Under the pieces are notes generated by a model. That model worked only from the letters and a program-made list of their open reading frames with translations. It was not told the origin of the DNA and ran no database searches. This document shows, in pieces, positions 58,718-64,000 of a DNA stretch of 64,000 nt (position 1 is its first letter; each line of letters begins with the position of its first letter). Location: assembly GCA_050951545.1 (NCBI GenBank), contig JBMNJG010000016.1, positions 1-64,000 on the forward strand, written 5' to 3'. The stretch comes from Limnochordia bacterium. GTDB lineage: Bacteria; Bacillota; Limnochordia; DTU080. The translations under genes and the position numbers were made by a program.

Positions 58718-60688
58718 GTGGCAGCCAGGCGACTGGTCAAAATCGTGCTCGCGGCCTTTGGCCTCGGCCTATTACTTCTCCCCCTTCCCCTATCTTCGGC
58801 GGCGGTAGACGTAGGCGGCATCGGCTTTGAGGCAAGAGTGGGTTTCGGCGAGCGCTTTCGCGCCGGGGCCTGGGTACCCATTAGCATGCAGGCCACCAAT
58901 GAAGGGATTCCTTTTGACGCCCGTATTGAAGTGATCACCACCGCGGGCAACCCGTATGTGTCGAATCCACTACGTGTAGTCTACCGAAGGCCAGTCACAT
59001 TGCCCAGTGGAGCCCGCAAGCAATTCACCCTTAACGTACCTCTCACGAATACCGCTACTCCCATCGACGTCCGCCTCGTGGAACTAAATGGTAACATTCT
59101 GAGTAACCAACGCATTTCCCTGCGGGAGTCCGCCATCACCTCGGATATCGTCTTGGTCCTTGATACTACGGGTGAGCAATGGACGTGGTTACACGAAGTA
59201 GTGCCGACAAGCAGGGTCGGCGCCCCACACACCCGTGTGTATGTTGCCCATGCTCGGCGAGAGACCGACCTGCCCACGGAGTGGGTGGCCTACGAATCGA
59301 TACGAACGATTATCCTCACCGCATCATTTCCCGTAGCCTCGTTGTCCAAGGAGCAAATCACAGCCATCGTGGACTGGGTGGAGTCTGGAGGCCATCTTCT
59401 GGTGGCGGGAGGCCCAGGCCTCAACCTGAGGCCTGTCACCGAACTGGCTGACAGACTTCCGGTGAAGCTGAGCGGTACCTCACGCGTGGTGAGCCTAAGT
59501 GATATGGGCTTTGATGTAGTTCCCCTTCCAGCTCCGGTTCGTGTTCTAGCCTGGGCAGCTCAACCCACAGGAGGTAGGGTCGATCTGACAGCTGATGACC
59601 TACCGCTGATCGCCCATAGCTATGTCGGGACAGGCCGCATTACCTACATTGGCTTTGATCTCGCGGCGAAGCCCTTGCGCGCCTGGGAGGATTTCGACGC
59701 CTTCAGTCGATCCTTAGTCTTTCCCCAACGCATGGTACGCCGCACAACTGGTTCCTTAGAGCGAAAGCTGTTGCCTCTTTTGAGTTCGCAAAAGGTGCCC
59801 TACCCCCCGCATGCTTGGCTGATCATCTTCTTGCTTGTGTACGGAGTCAGCATCGTTGCGAGCCTGCGTCTGGCCAACAAGCGCTCGCTCGGTTGGCTGG
59901 CGTTGACCGGGGTAGTGGCTATCGGCTCTTTGTACGTGCAGACAGTGATTGCTAAGCAGACTGCAAAGTCGATGCAAGCGTATGCCGAGGTGCGCGTCTC
60001 TCTCGTGGCTCCGACTTCGAGCAAAGCGGCCAGCCTAGCCATTGCCGGTATGGTCCGCATGCGAGGGGGCGATTGGGTCCTCGAACGAGACAGCGGCATG
60101 CATCTGGCGCCAGCAGGCCATATGACTCTGGGTGCAGCGGAGCTTCTCGTGGTTGAGCATGGTGATGCGGAGTCTCGCCTTGGCCCCACACAACCCCGTC
60201 GTCTGCTGGCGGTCACGGCACAGATGCTCGAGGAGATCCCCGTACGGCTTTCCATCGAGCGAGACTGGCAGACCATACGAGTAGGTCTGGATAACCAGAC
60301 GCCGTGGCCGATACGCAGTGCCTTCTATGTCGACCGTGAACGTTACGCCTATCTGGGTGATGTCCCGCCCAACGAGCGAGCTGAAGTGGCATTCCCCGCC
60401 TATCAGTTCATGGTGGCTAGCGACTCGCTGTCCCCAGATTGGTTAGCCAACAGCGCAGCCAGCGTCGCTGAACGCAAAAGCCCTCGAACCGACAGGCGAC
60501 AGCTCGACGGCCTAGCCTACGTCGTGAGCCACGCCCTCACTCCCGATCGACAGTCACTCGATCTACCATGGGGAGTACCCATTGTAGTCGCTATCATAGA
60601 TACACCAACACAACCGCCACTGATCGAAAACGTGTGGGCAACAGGATACCACTACTTGGTGATACCCGCCAGCAGTCTCTTCGAGTAA
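58718..60688 (+). CDS. Membrane-anchored protein with class I glutamine-amidotransferase-like domain
   Basis: Signal peptide; WVESGGHLLVAGG and G.GRITY motifs; two TM segments. Confidence 0.7.
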   Translation: MAARRLVKIVLAAFGLGLLLLPLPLSSAAVDVGGIGFEARVGFGERFRAGAWVPISMQATNEGIPFDARIEVITTAGNPYVSNPLRVVYRRPVTLPSGARKQFTLNVPLTNTATPIDVRLVELNGNILSNQRISLRESAITSDIVLVLDTTGEQWTWLHEVVPTSRVGAPHTRVYVAHARRETDLPTEWVAYESIRTIILTASFPVASLSKEQITAIVDWVESGGHLLVAGGPGLNLRPVTELADRLPVKLSGTSRVVSLSDMGFDVVPLPAPVRVLAWAAQPTGGRVDLTADDLPLIAHSYVGTGRITYIGFDLAAKPLRAWEDFDAFSRSLVFPQRMVRRTTGSLERKLLPLLSSQKVPYPPHAWLIIFLLVYGVSIVASLRLANKRSLGWLALTGVVAIGSLYVQTVIAKQTAKSMQAYAEVRVSLVAPTSSKAASLAIAGMVRMRGGDWVLERDSGMHLAPAGHMTLGAAELLVVEHGDAESRLGPTQPRRLLAVTAQMLEEIPVRLSIERDWQTIRVGLDNQTPWPIRSAFYVDRERYAYLGDVPPNERAEVAFPAYQFMVASDSLSPDWLANSAASVAERKSPRTDRRQLDGLAYVVSHALTPDRQSLDLPWGVPIVVAIIDTPTQPPLIENVWATGYHYLVIPASSLFE

Positions 60689-60789
60689 CTTGGGGCGCGT
60701 ACGTGCTCGGCCTTGTCCGACCAAATGGGTCACATGAGAGCGCCGATGTCGATAGCGAAACATAGACAATAACCGGAGGTCGGGTCACG

Positions 60790-61647
60790 ATGCGGGCCTT
60801 TCTTGCTATACTCCGTCGCGAGCTTGCTGATGCTGTGATCTCTCCTTTCGGCCAGCGATTGGCAACCATCCATTTGACTATCGCCTCATTGGCCGTACTG
60901 CTTGGCTGGCCGATCTCCTATGCGCTGGGAGCAGCTGGCGCAGCACCGACCTTCGCTTGGTGGGTCTATTCCGAGATTCTCATGCTCTCTTACCTGGCCC
61001 TAGCCATCCCGGCGGATATCTTTCCGATAGAGAACAAGATACGAACAGGCGATTGGATTGTCTATGGTGAAGCTTCTATATGGGCCATCCATTTCGGAAA
61101 GACTTGCGCAACGTTGCTGACCATCTTGTTTTGGCTGATCACTGTGATCCCAGTTATGCTAGTGGCCTTAGCCATCTCACCTGTCAACAGCGTGCAGCTA
61201 GCATCTTTAGGGCTATTCGCAAGCTTGCTGCTGGCTACACTGGTTCAGTTCGGCACATGGATAGGCGTCACCATCGATTCCCAACCCTTCCGCGTGGTGT
61301 CGGTTGATGTGGCCTTTGTCGCACTTATGCTGGGGAGCATTCTGATGCAGACCCTTTCAGGGGTCTTTCGAGTCCCTATCTTTGCCCAACCCTTGGAGGT
61401 GGCCGCTCGCATAATGAACGTCTCTGCACAAGATGTGTTCTTCGGCTCTGCGGCAGGTACCCTCGTCGGCCTGTCGGTGCCGCTAACGACGAGCCACGAA
61501 GCCTCTGTGTCCAACAGCATTTCCTGGTCGACCCTGATCGTCATCTACGGCAGTCTTTTCCTGACCGCCTGTGTTCTCTCCCTGCTGTCCTTGCGCCAGT
61601 GGCGAGAAAGGCCAGTCAAAGAAGGTGACTACCCTGATTCTCGATGA
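60790..61647 (+). CDS. ABC-2-type permease-like membrane protein
   Basis: MRAFLAILRREL start, HFGK motif, about six TM segments. Confidence 0.65.
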   Translation: MRAFLAILRRELADAVISPFGQRLATIHLTIASLAVLLGWPISYALGAAGAAPTFAWWVYSEILMLSYLALAIPADIFPIENKIRTGDWIVYGEASIWAIHFGKTCATLLTILFWLITVIPVMLVALAISPVNSVQLASLGLFASLLLATLVQFGTWIGVTIDSQPFRVVSVDVAFVALMLGSILMQTLSGVFRVPIFAQPLEVAARIMNVSAQDVFFGSAAGTLVGLSVPLTTSHEASVSNSISWSTLIVIYGSLFLTACVLSLLSLRQWRERPVKEGDYPDSR

Positions 61648-63013
61648 GCAGCTTCGCATCAAAATCGACGCCGTGTCACAGCGCCTGCGCAACGCCGACC
61701 AGCTCACGGCAACGATCCGCGCGCTTGTGGCTTCGCTGATCGGCTTCGTGTCATTGCGTAGTCTGACAGGCCTTTTGACAGGTGGACAAGGAGCGCTGAC
61801 ATCTGCGCTCATGGCACTAGCTGCTGGTGTCACCCACATCCTCTCCAGACAGCGTTCGCGACACACTCGCCTATCGGCTGCCCGCTTCATCGACCTCGAA
61901 CTCAGTCTACAGGACCGTCTCGCCACTGCTGTCGAGTGTGCCAGCCTGGATACAAAAGCTTCCAGTCGAGTAGAGCAGTGGCTCTTCGTGGATGCCGCCC
62001 AGCAAGCCCCTTTCATCAAACCGGAAGAACTGGTGCCCTATCATCCGCCGCATGAAGCTCGCTGGCTGCTGCCTCTCCTTATCGTGGCCGTTGTTCTCTC
62101 CTTACCAATATATCCCAGCGGACTCTCATGGCAGATTGGCGGAGGTGAGCTGCAGGAAGCCGCCAAGAGGGCTGATGAACTCGCAGCCTTGGCAGATCAA
62201 CTCGAGCGGCTGGCCCAGCAACAACCCGAGTTGCGCGAAGTCACCGATTTGCTTCGAACCATGGCACAGCAGCTGCGTGACAAGCGTCTACCTAAGAGCG
62301 AAGCCCTGCGCTTGCTGAAGGAGCTCGAACAAGAGATGCAGGTGACCGCGGATGCACAAAGTGTCGATCTTGACTTAACCCATATCCAGAACCTCGCTCA
62401 ACGCTTGCGCCGCATTACCTCTTCTGAGATAAGGGGCAGAGAATCCATTGGCCAGTGGCTGAGTCAGGGCAGCGATAAAGGTAGAGCTCCTAGTGACACC
62501 GAATACGGCAACCGCACTGACGGTATGCCTGGCGACGCCCAAACCGAAAGTACACCCGGCAGCAGACAAAGCACCAAGGCTGACGCAAACACGACGGCTG
62601 GGGGGCCGAGTTCCAGCCCAAGCTCTCGGGAGAAGCCCGCAGACCCGACGGGTGGTGGCAGCACGGACTCACATGATTATGCTGGTGATGACGACTCGTA
62701 CATGCACGGTAGCTCTGCAGGTACCGGACGAGGCGACAGCCAGCGGCAAGAGCCTTTTCAGCCCAGCACGAACCTCACTCGGGAGCTGACTCCAATCAGT
62801 GGGAAACTAGGTGAAAGTGGCTCCATACTCACCGGACAGGCCGAAGGCACCACGGCTCCAACCCAGCCAGCCGTACCTCGCACAGGCGGTAGGGCTCCTG
62901 TGATCACTCCGGCTGGGATCGAGCAGGCAGTGACCCAAGAGCGGATTCCTTTAGCCTACCGACACTGGATCAAACGCTACTTCGAGACTATCGAACCAGG
63001 ACAAAGCCCGTAG
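61625..63013 (+). CDS. Membrane protein with coiled coil and Gly/Ser-rich tail (MoxR-cluster associated)
   Basis: AARFID..L.LQDRLATA and C-terminal IPLAYRHWIKRYF. Start uncertain. Confidence 0.7.
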   Translation: MTTLILDEQLRIKIDAVSQRLRNADQLTATIRALVASLIGFVSLRSLTGLLTGGQGALTSALMALAAGVTHILSRQRSRHTRLSAARFIDLELSLQDRLATAVECASLDTKASSRVEQWLFVDAAQQAPFIKPEELVPYHPPHEARWLLPLLIVAVVLSLPIYPSGLSWQIGGGELQEAAKRADELAALADQLERLAQQQPELREVTDLLRTMAQQLRDKRLPKSEALRLLKELEQEMQVTADAQSVDLDLTHIQNLAQRLRRITSSEIRGRESIGQWLSQGSDKGRAPSDTEYGNRTDGMPGDAQTESTPGSRQSTKADANTTAGGPSSSPSSREKPADPTGGGSTDSHDYAGDDDSYMHGSSAGTGRGDSQRQEPFQPSTNLTRELTPISGKLGESGSILTGQAEGTTAPTQPAVPRTGGRAPVITPAGIEQAVTQERIPLAYRHWIKRYFETIEPGQSP

Positions 63014-63026
63014 GATGGTGACGCGT

Positions 63027-64000
63027 ATGGAGAGTGCTCTGCCTAATGAAGTCTTGGAAGTGCAACAGAATCTGGAGCGCGTGCGCAAAGAGATTGGCAA
63101 GGCTTTCGTAGGCCATCCCGACTTAGTGAATGAGTTACTGGTAGCGATATTGGCCAACGGGCATGTCTTACTCGAAGGAGTCCCCGGACTCGGGAAAACC
63201 CTCCTCGTACGTACTGTGGGGAAGGTGCTGGAGCTATCGTTTTCCCGTATTCAGTTCACTCCTGATCTCATGCCTGCAGATATCCTGGGAACCAATATCC
63301 TTGTGCAATCACCAGATGGCAAGCGAGCCTTTCAGTTTCAGCATGGCCCTCTGTTCGCCAACATTGTTCTCGCTGATGAGATCAACCGTGCCTCGCCCAA
63401 GACCCAATCCGCTCTACTCGAAGCTATGCAAGAGATGCACGTGACAGCTGGTGGGCATGCCTACGAACTCCCTAAGCCTTTTTTCGTGTTGGCTACCCAA
63501 AACCCGATAGAAATGGAAGGCACCTATCCATTGCCCGAGGCCCAAGTAGACCGCTTCATGTTCAAATTGCGCGTCGATCTTCCAGGTATGGATGACCTAC
63601 GCACCATTATCGATCGGACAACTGGCGACACCGAGCCTCAAGTGTTCACAGTTCTCAATGCTCACCAATTGCAGGAGTTGCAGAGACTGGTGCGCGAGGT
63701 ACCTATCGCGAGCCACCTTCGTGATCTAGCCATCAAAATCGTACTGGCTACACATCAAGGCTCGGCCTATGCCCCTGAAGCTGTCAATAGCTTCGTGCGC
63801 CTCGGTGCGAGCCCCCGCGGAGCGCAGAGCATCGTTGTAGCCGCCAAAGCCTGGGCCCTGATGAACGGTCGGTTCAACGTCAGCTACGAGGATATCTACC
63901 GGATGGTACAACCAGCTCTGCGCCACCGCCTGCTGCTCAACTTTACGGGTGAAGCAGAAGGCATTGAGGCGGAGACAGTTCTCGCGGCAGTGGTGACACA
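63027..64000 (+). CDS. MoxR family AAA+ ATPase (runs off window end)
   Basis: HVLLEGVPGLGKT, RIQFTPDLMPADI, DEINRASPKTQSALLEAM, ATQNPIEMEGTYPLPEAQVDRF. Confidence 0.95.
   Translation, partial: MESALPNEVLEVQQNLERVRKEIGKAFVGHPDLVNELLVAILANGHVLLEGVPGLGKTLLVRTVGKVLELSFSRIQFTPDLMPADILGTNILVQSPDGKRAFQFQHGPLFANIVLADEINRASPKTQSALLEAMQEMHVTAGGHAYELPKPFFVLATQNPIEMEGTYPLPEAQVDRFMFKLRVDLPGMDDLRTIIDRTTGDTEPQVFTVLNAHQLQELQRLVREVPIASHLRDLAIKIVLATHQGSAYAPEAVNSFVRLGASPRGAQSIVVAAKAWALMNGRFNVSYEDIYRMVQPALRHRLLLNFTGEAEGIEAETVLAAVVT

Overview
64 kb chromosomal window from a high-GC Firmicute. Outer-membrane-type genes plus Bacillus/Clostridium-like synteny suggest a diderm lineage such as Limnochordia (inference). 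Mostly housekeeping: aroF, folP/folK, guaB, pdxS, cysC/cysH, hcp, an rRNA operon (16S-23S-5S, minus strand), lysS, greA, dusB, rpmE, rho, pyrG, speE/speB, two tRNAs and one intact IS. The most interesting signals are non-coding or below the ORF-track cutoff. (1) An FMN-riboswitch-fold RNA upstream of pdxS, with flavin-ring-contacting adenines replaced and phosphate-contacting guanines kept: a candidate vitamin B6/PLP-type variant riboswitch. (2) A Trp/Phe/Tyr-rich leader-peptide attenuator upstream of an ACT-less DAHP synthase. (3) A 44-aa propeptide-like ORF divergent from an HTH-TPR (RRNPP-like) regulator. (4) Four 142-bp tandem repeats built from the 5S rRNA 3' end, with an IS inserted at their edge. 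(5) A tandem-HTH endonuclease-like gene with a LexA-like box and upstream 407-bp-period repeats. All calls are by-eye motif recognition; no database searches were run.
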